Origin: an uncultured Victivallales bacterium
GTDB taxonomy: Bacteria > Verrucomicrobiota > Kiritimatiellia > UBA8416
Reading direction: 5' to 3'
Assembly: GCA_964576795.1 (NCBI GenBank)
Contig: CAZNWT010000004.1
Location: forward strand, 35,707-99,706
DNA length: 64,000 bases
A program made the translations under genes and the position numbers. Below the pieces are notes generated by a model. That model was not told where the DNA came from, did no database searches, and saw nothing but the letters and a program-made list of their open reading frames with translations. Each line of letters begins with the position of its first letter. Position 1 is the stretch's first letter. Below are positions 1 through 8,159 of this stretch, one piece after another.

Positions 1-584
1 AGCCCTGAAAACGTTTTGAGATACCCCTCTAAAAATACGTGGTTCTGCTGTGAACTTCCGACCTGCATCTGGTAGCGCGTTCTTCGCAGGGCGAGATACC
101 GGGTGCCGTCTGTTGGTTGCAGTTCTGGTTCTGAGGGCACAGCGCGTTCGTCGAAGAGGATCCGTATGCCCATCTCGTCACAGCCCTCCAGTTTTTGAAG
201 AAGGGTCTCGTACAGACTTTTTTTCTCCTCCAAAACGAGGTGGAGTGCCGACAGGCTCTCCAGAAAACAGCCGTAGCGCATAGGGATGACCGTCCGCATG
301 TGATGGAGCCCCTCGACGACTTTGCTGTATGCGAGAAGTTCGGAAACAGGTGGCGCGGTTTCCCCGGCGGCCAACTCCGACACGGCGGCGGCCAGTCCGT
401 GAGCGGTGACAAAGGATACGGTTTTCCCCATCATCCCTGTCATCTGCCCGACACTGACTGCCGGGGCTTTCATGAGGCAATAGACCAAGTAGGACATAGA
501 CTTATCCTTGCGTGTCCAAGACCGGGCTGAAATGGTAGGGTGGCCAAGGGCCGGAAGCTTCGAACGACAGGCCACTGGCTTCAT
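1..584 (-). CDS. GvpL/GvpF-family protein, second paralogue; C-terminus cut by window edge. Not in the supplied ORF track because the reading frame has no stop inside the window.
   Basis: I translated the minus strand myself. The frame is open from the TAA at 590..588 down to position 1. It reads ...WSICLMKAPAVSVGQMTGMMGKTVSFVTAHGLAAAVSEL...LLAYSKVVEGLHHMRTVIPMRYGCFLESLSALHLVLEEKKSLYETLLQKLEGCDEMGIRILFDER... This follows the same motif order as the upstream GvpF paralogue and the PF06386 consensus: YVYG-like strand, DLAAVVSEV, HHxVLE...VLPlRFGTVF, EWGVKVY. Start is ambiguous: ATG at 584 overlaps the upstream gene by 83 nt, ATG at 473 would start mid-motif. Confidence 0.6.
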   Translation of the reverse strand, partial: MKPVACRSKLPALGHPTISARSWTRKDKSMSYLVYCLMKAPAVSVGQMTGMMGKTVSFVTAHGLAAAVSELAAGETAPPVSELLAYSKVVEGLHHMRTVIPMRYGCFLESLSALHLVLEEKKSLYETLLQKLEGCDEMGIRILFDERAVPSEPELQPTDGTRYLALRRTRYQMQVGSSQQNHVFLEGYLKTFSG

Positions 585-1302
585 GCTTTACGTTCCACTC
601 GGCCGTCAGGCGTTGTAACCGCTCGACGGAACGGTCGGGAACGAGAAGTGCGGCATGGAAGAACATCTCGTCGCCTCTCCCCGTTAGATCCGGCGCCAGA
701 AGGCGACTGTCACTGAACGACGAGGTTACCTCCATGACCGACCTCGTCAGCTCTTCTGCTAAACCCTTGAGCCAGGTCTTCATCTCACGGTCCGCAGCCA
801 CTTTGAGTTTCTGTTCCTGGAAATAGCGCAGGCCTGGTGAAAGCCCTTCAAGCTGCTCATTTTCTGCCTCTAATCGTGTCGCTAAAATTTGTGCCCTGGC
901 TTTCGGCAGATCCGCATAGGCTTTAAGTGTCCATTCCTTCTGTCCCGCCGTTTCACTAAAAAACCGCGACAGAACCTTACGGTGCCGTTCCAGTGACGCC
1001 GCTAAAACCTCCAAGGAGGAAAAAACAGACCCGAAACGAACGGGCAACACGGGGGCCTGGCGCATGACCGACAGGATGACCTCTTCGTGACGCAGCGCCC
1101 GGGGTGCCACCCATGCGAGATCCGCCAACCGCTCGCGGGCCTCCAGCCCGCAAAAGTCCTCCAGTGAGACCTCAGAATAAAGTGCGACGGCATCGGCGCT
1201 GGTCTGGAGACAAAGGGGATACGCCACATCAATCCCCATTCCTTCTATTTTCAGAAGCGAGTTTTTCGGGGTCAGGCAGAAAAGATAGATCCCCAAGCTC
1301 AT
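502..1302 (-). CDS. GvpL/GvpF-family protein (gas-vesicle accessory protein family)
   Basis: 266 aa. N-terminus LGIYLFCL (YLYGI-like), ADAVALYSEV, WVAPRALRHEEVILSVMRQAPVLPVRFGSVF, EWTLKAYAD, and C-terminal GPWPPYHF, all characteristic of PF06386. Its ATG overlaps the stop of the upstream AAA gene (ATGA at 1299-1302). Confidence 0.8.
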   Translation of the reverse strand: MSLGIYLFCLTPKNSLLKIEGMGIDVAYPLCLQTSADAVALYSEVSLEDFCGLEARERLADLAWVAPRALRHEEVILSVMRQAPVLPVRFGSVFSSLEVLAASLERHRKVLSRFFSETAGQKEWTLKAYADLPKARAQILATRLEAENEQLEGLSPGLRYFQEQKLKVAADREMKTWLKGLAEELTRSVMEVTSSFSDSRLLAPDLTGRGDEMFFHAALLVPDRSVERLQRLTAEWNVKHEASGLSFEASGPWPPYHFSPVLDTQG

Positions 1303-3437
1303 CCCGGTCCTCTGTGTGCTTCGTTCAAGGCCTCTTCAATGTCCTGGCTCTGGATCAGGATTTCCGGTTCGCCTTCCGTATCCGTTCCGATGCTCTTTAC
1401 GGCCCCGCGCACCGCCGTCATGGCGGCTCTTCGCGCGACGCCAGCGATATCGGCCCCGCTGAAGCCCTCTGTTTTAGCGGCCAGCTCTGCAAAACAGATT
1501 CCTTTTGCCAGGGGTTTCTGCCGGAGATGGACGGCGAAGATCGCTTCCCGATCCTGCTCTCCGGGTTGGGTCATCTCGACAATGTCGTCGAACCGGCCCG
1601 GCCTGAGAACGGCGGTATCCAACATGTCTAGGCGGTTGGTGGCCCCCAAAACGAGAACGCCACGGAGCTCGTCGAGTCCGTCAAACTCCGCCAGAAACTG
1701 GCTCAGGAGCCGTTCGGAGACGTGCGAGTCCGAGGTTCCCGAACTGCGGGTCGCCACCAAAGCGTCGATCTCGTCAAAAAAGATAATGCACGGTGCCGCT
1801 TGCCTGGCTTTATGGAAAATCTCTCGGATACCCTTTTCTGATTCACCCACCCATTTTGACATCAGGGCGGGCCCTTTGACGGAGATGAAGTTGACCTGAC
1901 TCTCCGTGGCAATTGCCTTGGCGAGCATCGTTTTGCCGCAGCCCGGCGGGCCGACCAGCAGGATGCCCTTAGGTGGGGTCACGCCTCCCTTTTCGAAGAA
2001 GTGGGGATACTTCAGCGGCCATTCCACGGCCTCGACGAGGCGCTGTTTCAGCGAGGCGAGTCCGCCCACATCGTCCCAGTGGATATTGGGGGATTCTACG
2101 AAGACCTCGCGGATGGCGGACGGTTCGATCTCCCGCAGGGCAGTCAGGAAGTCGTCCATGCGCACGCTGAGTTTCGCTAACGTTTCGTAAGGGATCTCCG
2201 CCTTAGCGAAATCGATTTCCCCCATGATCTGACGGAGGCAGATCATGGCCGCCTCCCGGCAGAGCGCCTCGAGATCCGCGCCCACGAAACCGTGGGTGAT
2301 CGCAGCCAGATGCCCCATCTGGACGTCTTCGGCCAGAGGCATGCCCCGGCTATGAATCTCCAGAATCTCCAGCCGGCCCAGCCGGTCCGGAATTGGAATG
2401 ACGATCTCCCGGTCAAACCGGCCCGGTCGGCGTAGCGCTGGATCCAAGGCGTTGGGGATGTTGGTGGCGGCGATGACGATGACGTTCTGTCGCTTGTTTA
2501 GTCCGTCCATGAGGGCGAGAAGCTGGGCGACGACCCGCTTCTCCACATCGCCGACCACATTATCCCGCCGGGGGGCAATGGCGTCGATTTCGTCGATAAA
2601 GAGGATGCTGGGCCCTTTCTTGGTCGCCTCTTCAAAGATCTTCCTCAGGTGGGCTTCGCTCTCGCCGTAAAACTTGTGGATGATTTCCGGGCCGCTGATG
2701 GAAAAGAAGCTGGACTCGGTTTCATGGGCGATGGCGCGGGCGATCAGGGTCTTCCCGCATCCCGGCGGCCCATAAAGGAGAACCCCTTTGGGCGCTTCGA
2801 TCCCGAGCCGCTGGAAGACCTCGGGATAGCGCAGGGGCAGTTCGATCATCTCCCGGATGCGCTGGAGCTGGGATTTCAATCCGCCGATGTCTTCGTAGGA
2901 AAGGGTTCTGCCGCTGTCCTCCTCCTGACTCTTGCCAATCGCCAGCATGGTGCCTGGATGGATCAGTACCGGCCCCTTGGGGGTCACGGAGTCGACTTTG
3001 AAATAGGCGGACCGACTTCCGAACAGGGAGGCTTGAATCTTGGCACCCTCCAGGACCGGCAGGCCGTCCAGCAGGCTCCCGATGTACTTAAGATCCCGAT
3101 CCGCTGGCACAACGTTGAGCGGCGACAGGGTAACCCGATCCGCCGGACGGCATGCAATCTTGCGGATGCTCACCGGTTCGTCGAGATTTGCACCCGCATT
3201 TTCGCGGGTTGAACCGTCGAGCTGGACACGCGACTGGCCGCGTAGGTCAGCGTAGGCGGGCATGACCTTACAGACCGCCTTCCGCTTGCCCTCGACCTCC
3301 ACTAGGTCACCGACAGCGAGCTGAAGCTGCTTCAAGTCTTCTGGCCCCATCCGGGCAAAAGCCCGACCGACGTCTTTGGTCAAGGCTTCTGTTACTCTCA
3401 ACCTGACGACCGTTTCGCCCTTATCTTTCGCGGCCAT
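1299..3437 (-). CDS. Cdc48/VCP-like two-ring AAA+ ATPase (N-domain + D1 + D2)
   Basis: 712 aa. N-terminal Cdc48-N-like domain (VVRLRVTEA...DVGRAFARMGPEDL). Two AAA modules, each with Walker A GPPGCGKT, Walker B DEID and second region of homology. The stop overlaps the gvpF start. Confidence 0.9.
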   Translation of the reverse strand: MAAKDKGETVVRLRVTEALTKDVGRAFARMGPEDLKQLQLAVGDLVEVEGKRKAVCKVMPAYADLRGQSRVQLDGSTRENAGANLDEPVSIRKIACRPADRVTLSPLNVVPADRDLKYIGSLLDGLPVLEGAKIQASLFGSRSAYFKVDSVTPKGPVLIHPGTMLAIGKSQEEDSGRTLSYEDIGGLKSQLQRIREMIELPLRYPEVFQRLGIEAPKGVLLYGPPGCGKTLIARAIAHETESSFFSISGPEIIHKFYGESEAHLRKIFEEATKKGPSILFIDEIDAIAPRRDNVVGDVEKRVVAQLLALMDGLNKRQNVIVIAATNIPNALDPALRRPGRFDREIVIPIPDRLGRLEILEIHSRGMPLAEDVQMGHLAAITHGFVGADLEALCREAAMICLRQIMGEIDFAKAEIPYETLAKLSVRMDDFLTALREIEPSAIREVFVESPNIHWDDVGGLASLKQRLVEAVEWPLKYPHFFEKGGVTPPKGILLVGPPGCGKTMLAKAIATESQVNFISVKGPALMSKWVGESEKGIREIFHKARQAAPCIIFFDEIDALVATRSSGTSDSHVSERLLSQFLAEFDGLDELRGVLVLGATNRLDMLDTAVLRPGRFDDIVEMTQPGEQDREAIFAVHLRQKPLAKGICFAELAAKTEGFSGADIAGVARRAAMTAVRGAVKSIGTDTEGEPEILIQSQDIEEALNEAHRGPG

Positions 3438-3440
3438 GCG

Positions 3441-4139
3441 TCACCCAGCCTTTCCGCAACGAATCGTCACGATGCCATTGTTACAGGTCACCTGGAGTCG
3501 TTCTTTGGAAAGAAGATGCCCCAGAAGCATTTCCTTCCGGTACTTCTTCTCGCCCTTTTTAGCGGAGATTGTCAGCACGTCATCCTGGACCTCGATCTGG
3601 ATGTCATCGGGGCCAACACCTGGCATTTCCGCCACAAGGGTGGTGGCGTCTGCCTCCTCGAATACGTCGACCAAGGGTTCGCTGATCTCCTGCACCACCA
3701 CCTCGCCGGTGGCCTTGTCCTTGCGGACGTTGCCAAAAGGTTCGACCCGAATATCGTCGCCCTTATCTCCCAGCCCCGTTTTTATGGTGAAGCCATAGAC
3801 CGCTTTGCCTCCGCCGTCTTTCGAGGAGAAGTTGAAATTCCCATTCTCCGACACGGTTCCGCCCTTTTCCGAAACCTCTTCGAGTTTCCTGGCAAGGTCG
3901 GCCAGACCGTTCAGTATCCCCCCGGCGCTCTTTTCACCCGTCGTCTTTTTGTCGGCCGAGCCTGCGGTCTCCTCCGTTCCGCTGGCGGAAGACTCCGTTT
4001 TGCGATGCGACAACCGCTCCGCCGCCTCGGTCAGTTTTCCCAAGGAACCCAGCAACCCCGTCAGGCCGCCGAGTAGCGCGCCGCCGCAGTCCACCTGCGC
4101 TTCATCCTTTTTGTCAGATGTAGTCTTGCTATTCTTCAT
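3441..4139 (-). CDS. Hsp20/alpha-crystallin family small heat-shock protein with long disordered N-terminal region (GvpH-like)
   Basis: 232 aa. C-terminal ACD (PLVDVFEEADATTLVAEMPGVGPDDIQIEVQDDVLTISAKK...IVTIRCGK). Strong RBS AAAGGAGAG 5 nt upstream. 3 nt from the AAA gene start. Confidence 0.85.
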   Translation of the reverse strand: MKNSKTTSDKKDEAQVDCGGALLGGLTGLLGSLGKLTEAAERLSHRKTESSASGTEETAGSADKKTTGEKSAGGILNGLADLARKLEEVSEKGGTVSENGNFNFSSKDGGGKAVYGFTIKTGLGDKGDDIRVEPFGNVRKDKATGEVVVQEISEPLVDVFEEADATTLVAEMPGVGPDDIQIEVQDDVLTISAKKGEKKYRKEMLLGHLLSKERLQVTCNNGIVTIRCGKAG

Positions 4140-5566
4140 CGTTCTCTCCTTTGGGCTTGGATGCCCAGTTTTTTTGTTTTGTTGTGCATGGTCTTGTAAT
4201 CGATTTGCAACAGTCTTGCCGCCTTGGCCTTGTTTCCGCCGGTGTATTGCAGAACGCCGGTAATCACAGTCCGTTCCACCTCGGCCACGCTCCGCGTCAC
4301 AACGTCCCGAAGCGACGCGCTCTTCCAGGGAGCCCCGTCTTCTGGCGGCACCACAGAGGCCGCGAAAGACACTTCAGCAGCGAGGCCAAGCTCCTTTTCG
4401 GTGATGGCACTCGTGCCCTGGACCAGCACCGCAGCCCGCCGGATCACCGACCGGAGTTCACGGACATTCCCCGGCCAACGGTAAGCGATCAGAGCTTCAA
4501 TCGCCGCATCCGAAAGTACAAGTCCGTTCTTGCCCAGTTCGACTGCGGTTACGTCCAGAAACCGTTTCGCCAGAAAAAGGACATCCTCTTTCCGATCCCG
4601 GAGCGCAGGGATCTGAATGGCAAAGTCGCACAAGCGATAATACAGATCCTCGCGGAAAGTGCCCGCGATGACCATTTCGCGCAGAGCCATGTTGGTGGCG
4701 GCGATCAGCCGGAAATCCACTTCGATGGGCTTCGTTCCGCCGACCCGGTTCACCACCTTGTTTTGGATCGCCCGCAGCAGTTTCGCCTGGGAACTGTAGG
4801 GCAGATTGGCGATCTCATCCAAAAACAGGGAACCGCCGTGAGCCACCTCGAACTTACCCGTTTTCTGCCGGTCCGCGCCGGTAAACGAGCCTTTCTCGTG
4901 TCCGAACAGTTCGCTTTCCAGCAGCGCCTCGGGGATGGCTCCGCAATCGACTATAACAAAGGGCGCGCGGCCCCTCGCGCTGTTCCGGTGAATGGCCTCG
5001 GCCACCAGATCCTTGCCCGCGCCCGTTTCGCCCATGATAAGCACGGAAAAGTCAGTTTGCGACACACGCTGGACATCCGCCGTGATCCGGGCAATGGCCT
5101 CCGAGTGCCCCATGCTCTCGAAAAGAGTCAGATACTCCTGTGCAATCTCCGTCGATTTCCTCAAGGGTTTCTTCAGTTTCGTTTCCGACAAGGCCCGCAG
5201 GGTGATCTTGGCGACTTCTTGGTTGTCGAAGGGCTTTGCAATGTAATCGTAGGCTCCGTCCCGCATGGTTTCGACGGCCTGACGAATGTCCGCATAAGCC
5301 GTAATGAGGATGACGGGCAGGCTGGCATCAGTTTCCCTGATCTTCTTAAGGACTTCGACGCCATTCATGCCTGGCATGCGGACATCGAGAAGAACGACCG
5401 ACGGCGCGGCAGCGGGAGAGCGGAGCTTCTCCAACGCCTGACAACCGTCGGCGGCGGTAGTGACCTTTATCCCCACCTTTTCCAGAATATGCCTCAGATT
5501 GTCACGAGAATCCTCCTCGTCATCGACAATCAGTGCGCAGAAGCGGTTTTCGTCAATTGTTTTCAT
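4136..5566 (-). CDS. NtrC-family sigma-54-dependent response regulator (REC + sigma-54 AAA+ + Fis-type HTH)
   Basis: 476 aa. Receiver domain (LLDVRMPGMNG), Walker A GETGAGKD, GSFTGA (GAFTGA variant), C-terminal HTH. The stop overlaps the hsp20 start (ATGA). Confidence 0.9.
   Translation of the reverse strand: MKTIDENRFCALIVDDEEDSRDNLRHILEKVGIKVTTAADGCQALEKLRSPAAAPSVVLLDVRMPGMNGVEVLKKIRETDASLPVILITAYADIRQAVETMRDGAYDYIAKPFDNQEVAKITLRALSETKLKKPLRKSTEIAQEYLTLFESMGHSEAIARITADVQRVSQTDFSVLIMGETGAGKDLVAEAIHRNSARGRAPFVIVDCGAIPEALLESELFGHEKGSFTGADRQKTGKFEVAHGGSLFLDEIANLPYSSQAKLLRAIQNKVVNRVGGTKPIEVDFRLIAATNMALREMVIAGTFREDLYYRLCDFAIQIPALRDRKEDVLFLAKRFLDVTAVELGKNGLVLSDAAIEALIAYRWPGNVRELRSVIRRAAVLVQGTSAITEKELGLAAEVSFAASVVPPEDGAPWKSASLRDVVTRSVAEVERTVITGVLQYTGGNKAKAARLLQIDYKTMHNKTKKLGIQAQRRER
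4195..4225 (-). promoter_or_regulatory. candidate sigma-54 (-24/-12) promoter for hsp20-cdc48-gvpF-gvpF, embedded in the 3' end of the activator gene
   Basis: Minus-strand sequence cGGCAaG-actg-TTGCAaa (plus 4220..4206) versus consensus TGGCACG-N4-TTGCW. Invariant GG and GC are separated by exactly 10 nt. About 65 nt upstream of the hsp20 ATG. rpoN and a sigma-54 activator are both in the window. Confidence 0.5.
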
Positions 5567-6047
5567 AGTGTATTGGTTTGCCAGTTCAGTTCGAGAACCA
5601 ATGCCTTAAGAATATTTAGTACCTCGTAGGCAAATACGCCAAACACAATCGTAGGCGGATGGGTCGAACTGTTTTCGGCCTTGTCTGACTCTCGTTTCAT
5701 ACGCAACTCCTGACATGGTTGTATTACCATGCGAGTTTCCGCGCAAGCAGATTAATTTACAGTCTTATGAGAAGGCATGTCAAATTCAATAATCCGGCAC
5801 GGCGGATACGGGGCGCATTTCATCTCTGCGGGGATTCCGGCCTTCTTTCTGTCGTGAGGAAAGAGCCAATGCCAGCGAGAAGGATCTACCCCTTTATTGC
5901 GAAGCTCCTCGGTTTCTCCCCACCAGTAATTCTGAATCGCAATCGGGGCAGCGCATCTGCTGTTGATCCGAAACCAATTGCGCGCCATACCTGAGAATCG
6001 GGCGCGCCAGCTCTTTAGCGCTCTCCTCGTTATCCGTTCTCGTCGCC

Positions 6048-6077
6048 GTTCTCGTCAATCGTCTTCATGGTGTATTG
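6048..6077 (-). repeat. duplicated copy of the activator's translation-initiation region, forming a 12-codon mini-ORF MKTIDENGDENG
   Basis: 26/30 nt identical to 5546..5575 (caatacacYATGAARACRATTGACGARAAC). All four differences are third-position transitions. The ATG overlaps the stop of ORF 6065..6697 (ATGA). Confidence 0.5.
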
Positions 6078-6697
6078 AGCCCGCTTATCCGGTCATTCAG
6101 AAGATTCCCGAGAGGAAAAAGAACCTGTATGTCCGGCGGCAGGCGGGCAACAGGATTGTGCAGCATCCCCAGGAAAAGGAGGCCTGTTTCCCCGGCCTGT
6201 AGGGTCTGCCCGATTCTTTCCGCGATGAACGCGTCCCGCTTTTCCAAGAGCACGTCGCTGGTTTCTTTCTGCTCGGCCTTGAGCCTCAGGGATTCTTGGG
6301 GATTTTTAGCCCCGAGAAGCTTTTTGGCAAGCTGATATTCCTGGATCAACAGGTCTGCGGATTCCGTGCCCATGATCGTCGCGCCCTTTTCTTTGAGTCG
6401 GAGAAGAAGCTGGTGGTTTGGGCTGCCCTTTTTCGCAATATCCTCAACAATCTCTGCTTCCTTGTCGCAGATCGGCAGTCCATCCTGGTATACTCGGGTC
6501 TTTGCATATGGAAGCGCAAGGTCATGTAAGACGATCTTTTCTACGCTCGACCAAAACTGCCCGACCAAATCAAGTTTGCGCCGCCATCCGCGCCGCCCGA
6601 GTTTTTTCTGCGTGGCCTTCAAGATGGACTGCCCGAGATTGCCCATCTCCGACTGGCTGTGTATGATCGGAAAGTAAAATATCCTTCTTTCACTCAT
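6065..6697 (-). CDS. hypothetical protein (210 aa, soluble, no recognisable motif)
   Basis: Long ORF, co-directional with the fabFG upstream. Confidence 0.5.
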   Translation of the reverse strand: MSERRIFYFPIIHSQSEMGNLGQSILKATQKKLGRRGWRRKLDLVGQFWSSVEKIVLHDLALPYAKTRVYQDGLPICDKEAEIVEDIAKKGSPNHQLLLRLKEKGATIMGTESADLLIQEYQLAKKLLGAKNPQESLRLKAEQKETSDVLLEKRDAFIAERIGQTLQAGETGLLFLGMLHNPVARLPPDIQVLFPLGNLLNDRISGLNTP

Positions 6698-6902
6698 AAC
6701 GCTGAACTACTCCTAAACTAGATGCTGTCCGAAAAGGTCTTTCAGAACACAACGCCCCAATTTTTTTGGATTGTTGTCTTTCTCATTATTGCACTTTTAG
6801 CTCTCCCAGAGCGCATCGCGCCATATTACCGAAGCTAAAAAACTAGAAGGAGGACAGAATGGGTGATTGCGCCATAATTGATGTTACCGAGCAAAAGGAA
6901 TA

Positions 6903-8147
6903 CTAGTCTTCCCAGCGCCGAAGCACAAGAACTCCGTTGTTGCCCCCAAACCCGAAACTGTTCTTGATTGCAACCGGGCGTGTGAGCGGTTGTGCAACGG
7001 AGCCGATCAGGCAGGTGTCACATGCATCATCTGGATTCTCCAGATTAAGATTTGCTGGAAGTTCACCATGTTCAAGCATAAGGATTGTTGCGAGGGTTTC
7101 AATCGCTCCCGAACCGCCCAGCAAATGTCCAAAGTAGGATTTGCTGGATGCCATTGGAATGCTGTCGGCTTCGGCCCCGAGAGCCAGTCGTACTGCGGCG
7201 CACTCTGAGGGATCATTTGCTTTTGTTGCGGTTCCGTGTGCGTTGATATATCCAATTGCTCCCGGTTTGATATCTGCGCTATTGAGCGCCGCAATAATCG
7301 CTTTTGCCTGACCGGAGGCATCTGGGGCTGTGATGTGCTTAGCGTCTGATGATTCTCCATATCCGCAAATTTCAGCCCGGATCGTTGCCCCGCGTTTACG
7401 AGCGCTTTCCAGGGATTCGAGCACCAATGTTGCTGCCCCTTCTCCGATGACACAGCCATCCCGGTCGCGATCAAAGGGGCGACAACACGTATGGGGGTCT
7501 GGATTTTTTGACATGACACCGAGGCGGTCCCACACCGTCATGGTCAGGGGATCAAAGATGGTGTCAGCCCCACCGCATAGCGCGGAATCAATGTAGCCAT
7601 CTTTGATCATGCGGTACCCGGTTCCAATGGCGGTCGTTGAAGAGGTGCATGCCGATGTCATGACATAGTTGGGCCCCGTAAGTCTGTAGCGGATTGCGAT
7701 TTGAGAGGAGACTGCATTGGCCATGCAGCGGGGGACTGTGGTAGGGCGGACGCCTTTGATTCCTTTGTCGAAATAGGTTTTCACGGAGTCGTAGTAGCTT
7801 TCCGCACTGCCGATTCCGGTTCCGATCAGGGTGGCGATTTCCTGGGGCTCGTAGGGGGGGGCGTCGGTGATGATTTTCGCCTGTTTCAATGCCTGGTCGG
7901 CGGCAAAGATGCTGGCGCTTACGGTCATGTCGGTATAGCGCACGCGGAGCTCTCTCAACTCGCTTTGGAGGGCCGTGCGATCTACAATGCCGCCTGTGGT
8001 CGTTCTGAGTTCACTCGTGTCAATATGAGATACGGTGCTGATGCCCGTGCGCCCGGCGATCATATTGTCCCAAATGACCTGTTCGCCAAACCCGTATGCT
8101 GAAACAGCACCCATTCCTGTGACGACTACGCGACGTTTATCCGACAT
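6903..8147 (-). CDS. fabF: beta-ketoacyl-ACP synthase II
   Basis: 414 aa. Active-site Cys context (TACTSS), His-His-Lys motifs (NAHGTAT, SKSYFGHLLGGSGA). Confidence 0.9.
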   Translation of the reverse strand: MSDKRRVVVTGMGAVSAYGFGEQVIWDNMIAGRTGISTVSHIDTSELRTTTGGIVDRTALQSELRELRVRYTDMTVSASIFAADQALKQAKIITDAPPYEPQEIATLIGTGIGSAESYYDSVKTYFDKGIKGVRPTTVPRCMANAVSSQIAIRYRLTGPNYVMTSACTSSTTAIGTGYRMIKDGYIDSALCGGADTIFDPLTMTVWDRLGVMSKNPDPHTCCRPFDRDRDGCVIGEGAATLVLESLESARKRGATIRAEICGYGESSDAKHITAPDASGQAKAIIAALNSADIKPGAIGYINAHGTATKANDPSECAAVRLALGAEADSIPMASSKSYFGHLLGGSGAIETLATILMLEHGELPANLNLENPDDACDTCLIGSVAQPLTRPVAIKNSFGFGGNNGVLVLRRWED

Positions 8148-8159
8148 TGTTATGTCTCC

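Noticed and set aside
29-480. Track ORFs 29..412(-), 178..480(-), 195..530(+) at the window start
   Set aside because: Cys/Trp/Arg-rich nonsense composition. The real coding frame is the third minus frame (GvpF/L paralogue). These are off-frame artefacts.
4151-5629. 492-aa plus-strand ORF antisense to the sigma-54 activator. Similar long antisense ORFs occur at 1339..1899, 2649..3212, 13534..14610, 25356..25937 and 19792..20310.
   Set aside because: They lie opposite strongly supported genes. They have Arg/Ser/Gly-rich or mirror-image low-complexity composition and no motifs. These are GC-rich shadow ORFs.
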